The notes: a model not told the origin generated them from the sequence alone. Shown: positions 25,865-40,800, counted from the first letter of the whole stretch. The stretch: 63,967 nucleotides of DNA, filler included, from Octopus bimaculoides (GCF_001194135.2; 8 parts of 7 records of this genome joined end to end with filler, not necessarily neighbours in it), one strand, 5' to 3'. A program made the numbers and translations.

Positions 25865-26632
25865 ATTTCTCTGTTCATTTTTCTTGTTATATTGTGTGTA
25901 CTGTGCAAGTTCTTCGAACTTCCCTTTCCATTGCATCAAGAGCGCATAACCTAACGGGGTTGTAGCAGGGTCACTGTTAGTGTTGGTAACATGTAAGCTA
26001 CTGCAACCCGTCGCATAGTTGTTGGGGACTAAACCGGCAGCCCTACATATGCCTGCTCGGTAAGGCGGGTGGTTTTCGTTGGACACTCTGTTGGACGAAA
26101 AAGAAAACTTGTCAAACACAGATGAAATCTGTAGAGTCAATGGTCATCCAACACCTGGTACTCAGTGACCACCCATTCATAGTTTAGAAATTTCTTTANN
26201 NNNNNNNNNNNNNNNNNNNNNNNNNNNNNNNNNNNNNNNNNNNNNNNNNNNNNNNNNNNNNNNNNNNNNNNNNNNNNNNNNNNNNNNNNNNNNNNNNNNN
26301 NNNNNNNNNNNNNNNNNNNNNNNNNNNNNNNNNNNNNNNNNNNNNNNNNNNNNNNNNNNNNNNNNNNNNNNNNNNNNNNNNNNNNNNNNNNNNNNNNNNN
26401 NNNNNNNNNNNNNNNNNNNNNNNNNNNNNNNNNNNNNNNNNNNNNNNNNNNNNNNNNNNNNNNNNNNNNNNNNNNNNNNNNNNNNNNNNNNNNNNNNNNN
26501 NNNNNNNNNNNNNNNNNNNNNNNNNNNNNNNNNNNNNNNNNNNNNNNNNNNNNNNNNNNNNNNNNNNNNNNNNNNNNNNNNNNNNNNNNNNNNNNNNNNN
26601 NNNNNNNATGAATATATATATATATGAATATA

Positions 26633-26666
<34 letters not shown>

Positions 26667-26793
26667 CACCGGAGTAAGCACATGAAATGTGCAACAAGGT
26701 GGAAAAAAGTTTCTAACAAAACTGTCCGATGAACGGGAACGTGAAACTCAGAGTAACGGTTTTTTTGTTATATTTCTGCTGCTTTTAAATAAA

Positions 26794-26827
<34 letters not shown>

Positions 26828-28619
26828 GTGTGTTTGTGTTTGTGTGTGTAAAGGAAGAAAAGAAGTGTATTCCCATATAGTTTTGGAGAGGTTAACGTTA
26901 CAAGAGATCATTCGGAAAAAGATGCTTGGAAAATCAAATGCTCATACAAATTCCAATGAGTGTCACAGAGATAAACTCTCTATATACTTAGTTTTAGGGA
27001 AGTGTTTGACACTTGGAATACACTTCAGGGGTCGAATATTTGCTGCTGTTTTAAAAAAAACACCTAAAATTTTATCACTGCCAGTTAATTGACACAAAGC
27101 AATTCGTATCTGGTTACTTTGAAAAGAATTTCGAATCTGATACAAAATTTTGTTTCAAAAGGAGTTATCGCCCTTGAATTCACATCTCTAAACCTTTAAT
27201 GCATCTTTCGAAGTTTAGACGTGAATAGTGGATTGGCAAAAACGTTAGAGCGCCTGGCAAAATGCCTTGTGGTATTTTCTTTGGTCTTTTACATTGTGAG
27301 TTCAAATCTAACGGAGTTTAACTTCGCGTTCATCTTTCTTGAGTGAATAAGATAAAATACCAGTCAAATACGAGAGATGATTTTTATTGAATAAATCCTT
27401 CCCACAAAATTCCAGACTTTGTTCCTGATAGAAACAATCATGTTACTGCGTCTATCAATTCTTTTAGTCGAGACAGTACTCCAGCTTGGACTGCGGCCAG
27501 GCTGGAGTACTGTCTTCAAGAATTTATTCCTTTTAAAAAGATCACATACCAAGTTACTTTAAGTGTTCAATATTTATGTTTGAACAGTGATAGATTATTC
27601 TTTTCTACTCTAGGCACAAGGCCTGAAATTTTGGAGGAGGGGGCCAGTCCATTAGATCGACCCAAGTACGCAACTGGTACTTAATTTATCGACCCCGAAA
27701 GGATGAAAAGCAAAGTCGATCTTGGCAGAATTTTCGACCAGACGAAATACCGTTAAGCATTTCACCCGGTGTGCTAACGTTTCTTATTTCTTTATTGCCC
27801 ACAAGGGGCTAAACATAGAGGGGACAAACAAAGGGATTAAGTCGATTACATCAACCTCAGTGCGTAACTGGTACTTAATTTATCGACCCTGAAAGGATGA
27901 AAGGCAAAGTCGACCTTGGCGGAATTTGAACTCAGAATGTAACGGCAGACGAAATACCGCTAGGCAATTCACCCGGTGTGCTAACGATTCTGCCAGCTCA
28001 CCACCTTGACAGAGATAGATTATTGAAATACTAAACAAAGAGTTGTTGTGTGGTTAAGAAGTGTTCTTCTTGGCTACATGGTTTCAGGTTCAGTCCCACA
28101 GCGTTGCACCTTGGGCAAGTATCTTTTACTACGAACAAATTTAAGACTGGATGTCCATGTGTTCAGTCACACTGTGTGTAGCACTTTGGGCAAGTGTCTT
28201 CTACTATAGCCTCAGGCTGACCAAAGCCTTGTGAGTGGATTTGGTAGATAGAAACTGAAAGAAGCCCGTTGTATATATATATAAATATATATATACACAC
28301 ACACACACACATGTATATGTTTGTGTGTTTGTCCCTCCACCATCACTTGACAACCGATGTTGATGTGTTTATGTCCCTGTAACTTAACGGTTCAGCAAAA
28401 GAAACTGATAGAATAAGTACTAAGCATATAATGAATAAGTCCTGGGGTCGATTTGTTCGACTGAAGGCGATGCTCCAGCACGGCCACAGTCAAATGACTG
28501 AAACAAGACAGAATATACAGCTCAGGAGTAACGATTGCATGCAAACTAATGGACAGAATCGGTGGCATCTTCTTTTACAGAGTTTGTTGTTCATTGCCAT
28601 TTCACTTAGAATCCAGCAG

Positions 28620-28850
28620 AGATGATGTCCAAGCTATTTCCGCTATAGCAGGAACGTGGCATGACAGAGTTAAGAAGTACCAATCACTTAATGTGGATAG
28701 AACTTATAGAAAAGGAAGACCCAGGAAGGTTTGGGATGAGGCGGTGAAAACTGATTTCAGTACCCCTGATCCTCACGGAGAAAATGATAAAGAATTGAGA
28801 TGTCTAGCAATACAAGGTTTACAAGACCTGCCCACCTCACAAAATCTGAC
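28620..28850 (+). mobile_element. RTE LINE C-terminal remnant
   Basis: RKGRPRKVWDEAVKTD is homologous to GRGRPRNTWDEVVKHD at 57950-58010. Confidence 0.65.
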
Positions 28851-29234
28851 TTCTGAAAGCACTGCGTATGTATTTTCACAAATGGGTACCATGTCCAATC
28901 TCCTCTAAACAATGCCCCTATCCATCATCTCTCTCTCACTGTGCCCTGCCACACACCATCCTATTTTTCTTGCTACCTGGAACCATTTCACTTGTTAGGC
29001 ATTCTTCATCTGTTTATAATTATTCTCCTCATCCAACACTGAACCACCAGATTACCTCCCCTCACACACTATATCTGCCTCTTTCTCTCTCTCCTCCCAC
29101 TCCTGCAGCCTAGTCAATCACATCATCTCTTGTTCACCCCCCACCATAAGCTATATCATCATTACTATCACTACTACTCTCCCCCACTCTCTTCTACATC
29201 CTTCCAACATCCCCCTTTCAACCACACCCAATCT

Positions 29235-29451
29235 TTAACCCTTTAGCATTTAAACCGGCCATATCAGACCAAAATATTCTATGTTGAAATTGACTAGATC
29301 CAGCCTCTCACACTTACCTTACAATGTCATTCCAAAAAATAAATCCCATCATTGAAATCTCAAAGCCACAAGATAATGCAGGATTAATTCAAAACAATGT
29401 GAATCAGTCAGCAGAGAATTTGTCAGAGGAATCTCAATGCTAAAGAGTTAA
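29235..29451. mobile_element. piggyBac-type MITE (TTAA target site). Partial second copy at ~55965-56122
   Basis: TTAA-CCCTTTAGCATT ... AATGCTAAAGAG-TTAA gives inverted termini flanked by TTAA. Confidence 0.8.
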
Positions 29452-29741
29452 AGTTACTACCTACCTCCCATCTCTGTACACTCTTGTAAACCCCCTACCA
29501 TATCCAAACTTCCAGTTCCTCTGTCGCAACACACTTCTACTCCCCTCATACCTTGAAGAATCCCCTGAAATCGTAGCACCTACTCATCACTTTCATACCT
29601 TAACCCAGTGATTCTCAACCTCTGAACCCCTTAGGTTAGTATTTTATTGTGGTGGACCCCCATAGCCATTTGATGCTTAAAAACTAGTCTTATAGATCCT
29701 TCTTTCAAAATTCCTATTTTGTTTGTTGCACTTTTACTTAT

Positions 29742-30128
29742 GTGGAGGTGCAATGGCCCAGTGGTTAGGGCAGCGGACTCGCGGTCATAGGATCACGGTT
29801 TCGATTCCCAGATTGGGCGCTGAGAGTGTTTATTGAGCGCAAACACCTAAAGCTCCACGAGGCTCCGGAAGGGGATGGTGGCGAACCCTGCTGTACTCTT
29901 TCACCACAACTTTCTCTCACTCTTACTTCCTGTTTCTGTTTTGCCTGTATTTCAAAGGGTCAGCCTTGTCACACTGTGTCACGCTGAATCTCCCCGAGAA
30001 CTACGTTAAGGGTACACGTGTCTGTGGAGTGCTCAGCCACTTGCACGTTAATTTCACGAGCAGGCTGTTCCGTTGATCGGATCAACTGGAACCCTCGACG
30101 TCGTAAGCGACGGAGTGCCAACAACAAC
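29742..30128 (+). mobile_element. SINE family C, full length. Internally deleted copy at 53037-53300
   Basis: Head GTGGAGG[CT]GCAATGGCCCAGTGGTTAGGGCAGCGGACTC..GGTTTCGATTCC and tail GCGACGGAGTGCCAACAACAAC. Confidence 0.85.
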
Positions 30129-30169
30129 TTATGTAGGTTTGCAACAGCACTCTCTGAGAGAACACGCTT

Positions 30170-30535
30170 CAGAGGCCAGAAACACGTTGAACTCTGTAAT
30201 ACATTGAAAGAAATGTACCCAGTTCTTGCAATAAACACTTATCTGTAGCAGATGGATGGTGGACGGTGCCTACACCAGAATGTTACATGCAATATTTAAA
30301 ACATCTCTCGGAGGTTGTATGGGAATGTGTTAACTTTCTCATCAATCATCCATGAACAGAGATTGAGGTTTGTTGGCCACTGCTGGAGAAGTAAAGAATA
30401 ACTTGTGAGCAATGTGTTGTTATGGACATCAAATCGTAGTGCCACAGAAGCTGGAAGATGTATATACAACAACTTGCAGACAATGTTGGATGCCAAGTTG
30501 AAGACCTAAAAATACCAATAGAAGATTGGGAGGGA
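30170..30535 (+). mobile_element. RTE-like LINE C-terminal remnant
   Basis: DGAYTRMLHAI...QRLRFVGHCWRSKE..VSNVLLW (broken frames) resembles the RTE ORF end. Confidence 0.7.
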
Positions 30536-31656
30536 TCATCATCATCGTCATCATCGTTTAATGTCCGCTTTCCATGCTGGCATGGGTTAGACGATTTGAC
30601 TGAGGACTGGTGAACCAGATGGCTACACCAGGCTCCAACCTGATTTGGCAGAGTTTCTACAGCTGGATGCCCTTCCTAACGCCAACCACTCCGAGAGTGT
30701 AGTGGGTGCTTTTACGTGCAACCGGCACGAAGGCCAGCCAGGCGGTACTGGAGAGAGGTAGTCAAGCTGACCTGGGCAATCAGCCTGACTGGATGATGCC
30801 TCGATAAAAAAAAAAAAGCTGAATTTTTTTCATTAGTCCCTAAAATACTACTGTGGATCCCAACTTTTTTTTCTTTAATTAACTTCTTTTTATTTCCAGT
30901 TTTCCCAGGGGACTATGAAGTCTTGTATAAAACAAATGGAGAACAGGACCTTTTTATTTTCAAAAGTAAGAAAAAGAGAAAGCAAAAAAACAAAAAAAAT
31001 AATAATAGTGGATCCCTAACTTACTATAGTGCTTGCATGGACCTTGGATGAGAACCACTGATTTTACCCCACATCTTGCATCTATGTCCCCTCTTTTCCA
31101 GCCTGAGTATTGTAGTCTCATGGGCTGCATGGTGACCACATCAGTGCTGTTGGTAGGATAAAAGCGCAAACTAAATGCTGTAAAGTGGTTGATATTGAGG
31201 GGGCACCAAGCCATAGAAACCATTCCAGAGTAAACACTGGGGTATGATGCAGCGCTTGGGCCCATTGGATATGTCAAACCATCCAACCCTTAATGAAAGC
31301 ATGGAACATGGACATTAAATGATGAGGAGGAAAATAGATATGTGTGTATGTGTGTGTCCATCAGTCCCTTTCTCTTGACATTGTGTGATGGTTGTTAACG
31401 AGTGTCATTGTCATGCGAGTGGTGTCCTTTATTTCCAACCTTCTATGAAAACATGTTTGTCAATGGGGGGGAATTATTATCTTAGTTTGGCAGCAGGAAG
31501 GGCATCCAGCTGTAGAAAACCTGCCCAGACAAATTACACCTGACCAATGCAAGCAAGGAAAACTAGTCAATAACTGAAGATGAAGAAAGGAATGACAACA
31601 ACTTACTCAAAAGAAACAATCATAATTTATATACAAAATGTTATAACAGAAATTTC

Positions 31657-31983
31657 TTAAGGATGTTTATCTTGTTGTTTGACTTCAGTGGAAAATGGGC
31701 CTTTGTTGATTGTCAGTTTTAAACGCAAATCTTCTGGTAGTGATTCTCCATTCTCGGTTTTCTTTGCGAGAATCATGGCTTTAAGAAGTGGTGGGAATTC
31801 CATTGACAGTGGTACAGTTTGGGTCTCTCGTACATCTGTTGCAGTTAACTTGCAGAATTCTTCCTCTTCCTCTTTAGGAATTAATTTCCAATCGGCTTTG
31901 TGACAGGCATCGATTCCACAAGGACGGGGAAATTCTTTGCCGCGGAAAACTTTGATACCCCAGGCCTTTCCTGTTCGTCGTTT
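31657..31983 (-). CDS. MRPS34: Terminal coding exon of mitochondrial ribosomal protein S34
   Basis: Translation KRRTGKAWGIKVFRGKEFPRPCGIDACHKADWKLIPKEEEEEF...MEFPPLLKAMILAKKTENGES matches the MRPS34 C-terminal signature as I recall it (G[KR]AWG..F.G, DW.L.PK.EE, PPLL.AMI.A). Pyrimidine-rich acceptor ttttatttgttcatattcAG at 31984-31985; stop TAA at 31657-31659. Upstream exon(s) not found. Confidence 0.88.
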   Translation of the reverse strand, partial: KRRTGKAWGIKVFRGKEFPRPCGIDACHKADWKLIPKEEEEEFCKLTATDVRETQTVPLSMEFPPLLKAMILAKKTENGESLPEDLRLKLTINKGPFSTEVKQQDKHP

Positions 31984-34900
31984 CTGAATATGAACAAATA
32001 AAAATAGGAACAATATAAATAAAAGAAGAAAAAAATAAAGGAAAATTGTTTATTCATCTGGGCATAAACATTGCCATGCGGTCGAGAAGTTTGCTGCCCA
32101 ACTAAACAAGTCTTGAGTTTATTGCCACTGTGTGGCGCCTTGGGCAAGTGTCTTCTACTATAACCCCAAGCTGACCTGTGAGTGGATTTGGTACACAGAA
32201 ACTGTACGGAATCCTGCCATGTATGCGGTTGTCTTCCACCAATGCTTGATAATCAGTGTTGGCTCGTGTATGTTCCAGTCACATTAGCAGTTTGGCAAAA
32301 GGCACTAAACAATTCGAGGGGTTTTCGGTTGGCGGGCGCCGAATACCCCTCTCATTTATATCATTCATACTTCATCATCTCTCATTTCATTGATGTATGC
32401 GTCCAGCCCGCTTTGCTTATTGCAATTCTTTGTAAGGCCTTTATGGCCAATTTAATGAAATAAAAAAGACACTAACAAAAAAGTCCCAGACTTCAAAATA
32501 AGTACAGGGGTCAATTTGTTTGAATAAACCCTTTAAGGTGGTGCCCCAGCATGGCCAGAGTCAATTAACAGAAATATATAAAACCTGAACAAACTGCAGG
32601 GCCAGGTTTAACGAAATATTACCTGGAATTTTTTTTTATTAGTGCAGCCTGCCTCATCCTGCACCATGTCTTATGTTACCTGCTTCATGGAAAAGGTTGT
32701 TCCTGTTCAATATAGAAGATAAAAAGCAAGATATCTGAAAAGAATTTTCTTCAGATTGTGTGATATTTCTTTTACTTGTTTCCGTTATTTGACTGTGGCC
32801 ATGCTGGAGCACCGCCTTTAGTTGAACAAATCGACCCCAGGACTTATTCTTTGTAAGCCTGGTACCTATTCTATCAGTCTCTTTTGCCAAACTACTAAGT
32901 TATGGGGAAGAAAACACACTAACATCAGTTTTCAAGTGATGATAGGGGACAAACACATTCATATATATATAAGCCTTGTGAGTGGATTTGGTAGACAGTA
33001 GCTGAAAGAAGCCCGTTGTATTAGTGTTGCCATCCGGTTTCACCAGTCCTCAGTCAAATCGTCCAACCCATGCTAGCATGGAAAGCGGACGTTAAACGAT
33101 GATGATGATGATGATGTACTCCCAAATGGTGAGCAAGTTCAGAATAATAATATAGATTTAATCAAAAGATTAAATGTGGTACTTAAAATGTTTGAGGCAC
33201 CAGAATTTGGTAGGACATGAATAAATGGAGCTTGTACGAAACGTACGTACTGCTATAACCTATTGATTTTTTGTTGCTTATCTTCATATATATATATATA
33301 TATATATATATCATCATCNNNNNNNNNNNNNNNNNNNNNNNNNNNNNNNNNNNNNNNNNNNNTTAATTAATTAANNNNNNNNNNNNNNNNNNNNNNNNNN
33401 NNNNNNNNNNNNNNNNNNTATATATATATATATATGCAAAAATACCAAAAGATCTAACGGTGAAACATTTTCAAAATAATTTTTTCTATATTTTAAGATT
33501 ATTTTCTTTCATTTCTATTTGGCTAATTTTAATTCAATATCTTTTCTCTACTTTGATAACTATTCAGGGATTTGAAGAAGAACATTTTCAGTTTCTATAC
33601 AATTCCATTACATTTAATTCCAATTTAAAATGTTTACAGTAATTTTCTGTGATTTGGAAATGAAACTGGATGAGAATTAAGACTCAGGGTATAGAAGTCT
33701 AATCGTGAGAATGTTGCTTTGATAGTTAAACGAGCGTACAGATCATAGCAAAGTTACTGAATTTTTAATAGGTGAGACCAAACAGTCGTAAATAGTGGTG
33801 TGAACCATGCCATGGTATTGAAGTAAGCACATGTCATTTCAGCCTTTTATAAGCATTTAGAATTATGAGCTAAAAAAAGAGCCATTATATGATCGACAAA
33901 ACGGGCAAAACTAGAAGCTACCACTCCAAATCACTATCAACCTTACTGTAAAAGAAGAACATGTCGAATACCACAGTTCTAGATAAGATTGATATCAGTA
34001 AAAGACGACATAGTCAGTGATAAAATGTATCAATTTGTAACATTTGTGTTCACTCATGTATCACTAGTAGTTTGAAGAGCAAAATCAACAGCACTCATTT
34101 ATTATCATCTAGAGGGGCTTTTGGACTTTAGAACTATGTCAGTTTACAGTATTGTTATACGGCTGTGCCTTTGTAGTGATGGCACATCATCAGACATAAG
34201 ACTATTTAATTGTGTTCAGCTAAGTCTTTGTATCAACTCGTGGCGTTATTCTTGCTTTTATTAGGATAAGCTGATAAAACTCATGTATTGTTATAACTTA
34301 ATCGACTAAAATCTGTTATAAAAGATGATATAAACATGATCAAACGACTGTTGAATCAAAGGAAAGTGAAAATGTAGATAACAAGCCTAGGTTCTTTACA
34401 CAGTCTACTTTTATATTTATGCATTGCTCCTTTTGTTAAAATTAATTTAAATAAACTTTATCAATTGTTGTTTCAGTCTCTATTTTCAAATTCGGATGGC
34501 GATATCTGAGGTATCAGTCATATTTTAATGGTTACTACTAGAAATTTCGTGGAGAAAGAAAAACATTATTTGCTCTCTTGATGTGAGCATTTTATCTGAG
34601 CATAAAAACCCCATGTAAATATAAATGATTCTCTATGAAATATAAAATAACTTGTTGCTCTACTGAAGATATTGATTCCAAGATATACAGGAAAAAAAAC
34701 GCGCTATAATAATTGCCGCTAAACATGGTACCGCAAAACGCGGTAACGCTAAACAGGAGTATGTCGGTATATAGTTAACAAATTATGTTGCAATACGCGT
34801 TGAAAAATTCATTTGTAACAAGTGTAAAATTTGCGTTTATGATCAACAAATAATGACAATTTTACCAGTTTCGAGAGTAATTCTAAAAAATGTAAAAGTT

Positions 34901-37813
34901 ATTCAATAAATATAGATAGAAAGTTTTAAACGTGTTAAATATGAATGGGCTTTACAAGTTAAAACCTTACGAATGTAATTTCGTCCTGACTAAGGCAATT
35001 TGTTTTAAAAGTTAATAGTAAAATATGAGATACCTTTTTATTACTCAAAGTACTTATCTACTGATAAATGATTAAATATAACAATGCTGAAGCAATAGCT
35101 CTTGCAGAATCTAAATGAACATGAATCGGATATTCATTGCTGCAGTAGATACAATGATTCTGCTCTCAAAATAGACGATAAATTTTATTGTTTCTCTTAT
35201 GTATATAATTTATCTTTTGCTTGTATTAATCATTAGACTTCGACCATGCTGGAGTACCGCCTTGAAGAAGTTTTAGACGAAAGAATCGACTCCAATACTT
35301 ACATTTTTTTTTAAGCATGGTACTTAGTCCACAGGTCCCTTTTGCTTAATCGCTAAACTACAGGGACGCAAACACACATACACCAGTTGTCGCGCAGGGA
35401 ACACACATCCACAACAAGTTTCTTTCAGTTTCTGTCTACCAAATTCAATCACAAGGCTTTAGTCGGCCCGTGGCTATATTAGGAAACACTTGCTGAATGT
35501 GTTACGCAGTGGGACTGAACCCGGGGTCATGTGTTTGTTTGGAAGCAAGCACTTCTTCCAGCAAAGCCACATCCGCGCCTGCCTATATNNNNNNNNNNNN
35601 NNNNNNNNNNNNNNNNNNNNNNNNNNNNNNNNNNNNNNNNNNNTCTGAACTCAAAACGTAAACAGTCGAAATATAAGTTGCAAATAATTTTCCGACAATC
35701 TTAAAGTACTGCTATTTTGCTTGTTAATTCATAATTTATATATTAATCTACATGTTAAATAGAGTAGTACCATATCATCCTTCTTAGCTAACTTTTGTAG
35801 TGTAGAACCTATTTTAGTAACTCAAATGTTTATATGTATCCACATGGAACAGTATTTACTGAATGAAATAAAATATGGATATCGTAAATTATAATTTTGC
35901 TTACAAAACAAATGTAAGAAAAGATCATATAGAACATAACTACAAGGGAAATTAATAAAATGTTTTCATTCGTTATGTTTCAATCCGTATCTTAATTTGA
36001 AGGTTCGTTAGTAATGAAGAAAATAAACATTAAACCAGTTTTATTGACGGGCCTCATCTACAAAAAATTTATACATTTTAAGAAATGGTATTACTTGAAG
36101 AAATTGTTTTCGGGTAATAATATTCATAAGTGAAAGCCGTGGAAATTGCACGTGTTTCGCTAACCACGCGTAATTACAACACTGAGAAACGATACATGAT
36201 TGGTAAATAAATTACATCACCAACGGCAGACAGAAGCACAGAAATTATCCACAGTAAGAACTATTTATATGGAACAAAAAAAAACAAAAACATCTAGTGA
36301 ATGAAAGAATAGCAAAAGTTAACTATCGCCAATATGTGTCACTCATCGTGAAAGTTAAAGGATGTCCTTTGTGATGCAGATGGCGAAAAAGATCGGAATA
36401 ACAGATGCTGCTCAACTTTTGGAAAACCTATCAGACCAATGTGCCCGAAGACTTACTGTTTTGTTGGATAGTAGAAGATTGTACAACCGCTGAAGACGCT
36501 TTCCTCAAATTATTACACTTTAATGCGAACAAAATCCAGATTAGATGAATTGTGTTCTGATATGCACCGATGACACAGTAGTGTCTCTACCATATATTTC
36601 GCTACATGTGATCAGTGGTGTTAATCCGTGAAATTTTAACCATTACATGATTATACTATTTTAATTCTCTGAACCAGAGATATTTGGCTGAATTCTTTTA
36701 GGAAGCATACATAGTGCGTTTTTCTTTGTATCTGCTGTCGCTTACAATATTAATTCGCAAGTTGAAGTTGTTAAATGGATACTATTAAATCAATAAAGAA
36801 ACCACTGTAAACATTTCAACCATTCGTTAGCAGCAGTGTCTACCAAAGTGTAGACAGCGTAGTCGCGCTCAAAGGCATATTCAGGCGTCTGAACGGAACG
36901 AGTTGTTATGTGAATGCGAACAACAACTTAGAGGTTTGGTAAAGAATGTATTTTTAAGTTCTGGAACGGTTGGGAGACGGTGATAAAGATTCATATTTAG
37001 AATTTTTTTTACTATAAAATTAACGTACTTTAAAGATAGTATCTTTCTTCTTTTATCTTATATCTTATATCTGACCCTCGGCCATGCTGGGTTTAGTCGG
37101 AAACATCGACCCCAGTGCCTTTTTTAAGTCCGGTACTTATTTTATCGGTTCTCGTTTTTGCCGGACCACAAAATTATGGGGACATAAACAAACCAACAGA
37201 TGTTGTAAAGCGGTGGTGAGGGGCAGACACAAACATGAAGACGACATAAACGCACGTATTGGGTTGGCAATTAAGTTCCTGCGTTTTTTTTTTTAAATTT
37301 TGGAATTTATTGCGTTTTTAAATNNNNNNNNNNNNNNNNNNNNNNNNNNNNNNNNNNNNNNNNNNNNNNNNNNNNNNNNNNNNNNNNNNNNNNNNNNNNN
37401 NNNNNNNNNNNNNNNNNNNNNNNNNNNNNNNNNNNNNNNNNNNNNNNNNNNNNNNNNNNNNNNNNNNNNNNNNNNNNNNNNNNNNNNNNNNNNNNNNNNN
37501 NNNNNNNNNNNNNNNNNNNNNNNNNNNNNNNNNNNNNNNNNNNNNNNNNNNNNNNNNNNNNNNNNNNNNNNNNNNNNNNNNNNNNNNNNNNNNNNNNNNN
37601 NNNNNNNNNNNNNNNNNNNNNNNNNNNNNNNNNNNNNNNNNNNNNNNNNNNNNNNNNNNNNNNNNNNNNNNNNNNNNNNNNNNNNNNNNNNNNNNNNNNN
37701 NNNNNNNNNNNNNNNNNNNNNNNNNNNNNNNNNNNNNNNNNNNNNNNNNNNNNNNNNNNNNNNNNNNNNNNNNNNNNNNNNNNNNNNNNNNNNNNNNNNN
37801 NNNNNNNNNNNNN

Positions 37814-37847
<34 letters not shown>

Positions 37848-40800
37848 GGTATTAGTATCTGTTTTTGTCCCTCTCCTTCACTTAACAACGGATGCTGCTG
37901 TGTTTACGTTCCCGTGAGCTAGCGGTTCGGCAAAAGAGAACGAAAGAATAAATTCTAGGGATAAAAAGAATGTCCTGAGGGCGATTTGTTCGACAAAGGA
38001 CGTGCTCCAGCATGACCGCAGTCAAATGACTGAGGCAAGTAAAAAAGTAAAAGTGTACACACACACACACACACACATACACACACACATACACACATAT
38101 ATATCTTGATATGCATGTATGTACATTTATGTATGTACATGTGCAAATATGTATGGATATACACACGCTATTTCAATACAGTTGTATTGCTTGCTATATT
38201 GCATTGATTTTTGTTTACATGTAATTATGTCGGTAATATTTTCATATTTTCATTTCTCATTTTATATTCTGCTTTTTCATTTCTGTTGACTGAAAACTGG
38301 TTTTCTGTTGGATTTTTTAATAGACATTTCTGATATACTGGAACTAGACAGAGAATATCTGTTACACACTAATCAATTCGGTATTGTTTGCACATATAGC
38401 ATAGAGAAAACGAAAAATACTTACTATGAGTGGTGGTAGTGTTGGTGGTGGTGGTGGTGGTGGCGTGTATGTGTGCGTGTGCGCATGTTGATAATGATGT
38501 ATTTATTTAAATGTTTTGATAACGGCATATATTTCATGCAGACACACAAATACGCTCTCTCACAAACATAATATATACGCATCTATATAGATGAGAGGAA
38601 ACTAAATTCTCAAGCTTATCCTACAAAAATTCATTTACTCTTATTTCGACAGCAAAATTCCTTCAGAATTCAAAAGCTGCATTTGGTCGTTCGGCAATCT
38701 TTGGGACATTTAGTTGTTTTATCTTGCTGAGTTCGCACATACATACATACATGCATGCATACATACATACATACATACATACATACATACATCTGTTTTC
38801 CTATGTGTTCGCTCCGTTGTCTGTAGTTCATTGTTCTAACGTCCTGTACCCTGATATGCATCTATATACACATGTAGATGTAAGTGTTGTACATATATGT
38901 GTGTATACATGCATATATATATTCTTTGTATTATATATATATATATATAAATCTGAATATATACATGGCGGAAGCCAGTTGGTGACTGACTACGACCATT
39001 TCCTATAAATAATCTTACTCGGTCACGTAAGCCCGCGCAAACTTTCCAAGGGTGTAAGAATTTCCTTTGCAACAATTCTTTTTGAATGAATACAGTGCTC
39101 TACACCAATGAAACCACTTTGCAGTGCAATCATCTATATAACCAGTAGCATAAAATGGGTTGAAATGACTAGAAGTCAACTGCCCCTCAAGTTTTTAGTT
39201 TACCTTCTCTTAGGAGGGAGTTTTCACAGGAACTAGGAGTCCCCCCCCCCTGTGGTTCACATGCTATTTAACCCCTAGCTTGGATCCTAGCAGATGTTTC
39301 TACTCTGGCTGGGAGTAGAGTTGGGAACAAAAGTGGCTAAGAGGTGGTTCCACACTCTTCAAAGCTCTCGAACTCCTGTAGCAGGGCCGGACTTCNNNNN
39401 NNNNNATATATATATATATATACACAAAGATACATACACAGGCAGTGCATGATGTATTTAGAAGACTGTATTTTTTCGTTCGCGGTACGTGAATCACTTT
39501 GTCGCTATTCAGACTTTCTCACTACATGTAGCACTTCAAGTCACAAAGAGAAGAATGTCACGAAGGAATAGATTCTAGATAAAGACAATCGACCATCTTT
39601 GTTTGAATACATAGACCTTTAAGTTTTGCTGAGTGTTTTCATTTTTATATGAATACATTTTCATTTGTATAGTAACATTGTATGTACGTACTTTCATTTC
39701 AATGTGGATTTCAATAGTCTATTGTACGGTAGTATATTCTCTATTTGATGTCCTCGTTGCAAATCAATAAAATTAATATTGTAATCATTATTAGTTGGTA
39801 CATTGATTAAAATCGATAAAGATTTTATCAGGAATATACTGAGGTCGATTTAATCTACTATATTCTTGCTTCTATAAATAATTTGAGGCTTGTTTCAGTG
39901 CTAGGATTCATTGATATGATAATGACAGAATTAGTATTACAGCAAACTAAATGTATTGTTGTTTTTAGCAATTTTTTTAATGTATGAATTCAAATATTGA
40001 GTCGGGATGAAATCTTACAGGCTTCTGTTTAGTTTTTGTTCCTCGGAAGTTGTCTATAATAAATATAAGTCAAGTATGGAAGCTGATTTAACCATATGTA
40101 CTCTACTCCAAAAAGCTGCTATTGTTTTAAAGGTTCAGTCATTTTCATGTTAGTCTGGCAATTGGTAGTAGACTCGATCCACGAACAGACTAAATGATAG
40201 TTATCCCACTTTGCGTTTCATATCTCCACTCCCTGAGCAGCTATTTTCGTTACTTTCCTTGCATTGTCGTGGGAATGTACACCATTAACCGTTTTGGATG
40301 AATATAATTATCTGTAGCAAACAAACTAGCAGTGTAGTCCTGTTTAGCTTTGTTTAAGTTTGATTAATGACAATAAAAGTGAGATATTGTTTTTGTCACT
40401 GTTGCTTAGTCCTGTTTCAGCAGCGACTGAGCAGTTCGTACAGCTAGGAACTACTATGTTTCCTAGAAAATCGTACCAAAGACCACATTATCCAATATGT
40501 TCTATCCAAGACGACAGGGTATCATTTGATGAGGATTTAATTATAATCCTGGCAGGTTTAGGGAGCACATGAAGACACCTTTATTTGCTCGAGGAATGCA
40601 GGAACCAGAAACTTCAAAGCAGAAGATAAAACGATGTGCTTTATTTAGTCTTTTTTCGTTCATAGTTTTAACACAGCGGCAATTATATCGCGTTTCCAAT
40701 TAGCGTGGCCAACATACAAAGTACAGTCAACCATCTATCGGTCATTGCCCATTAACAAAGCTGTTCTTTTGCATTACCATTTTTACCAAACACTTTGCAT

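Noticed and set aside
29742-29815. tRNA-like sequences
   Set aside because: These are SINE heads with A/B boxes that continue into SINE bodies, with no complete cloverleaf. No true tRNA, rRNA or CRISPR array was found.
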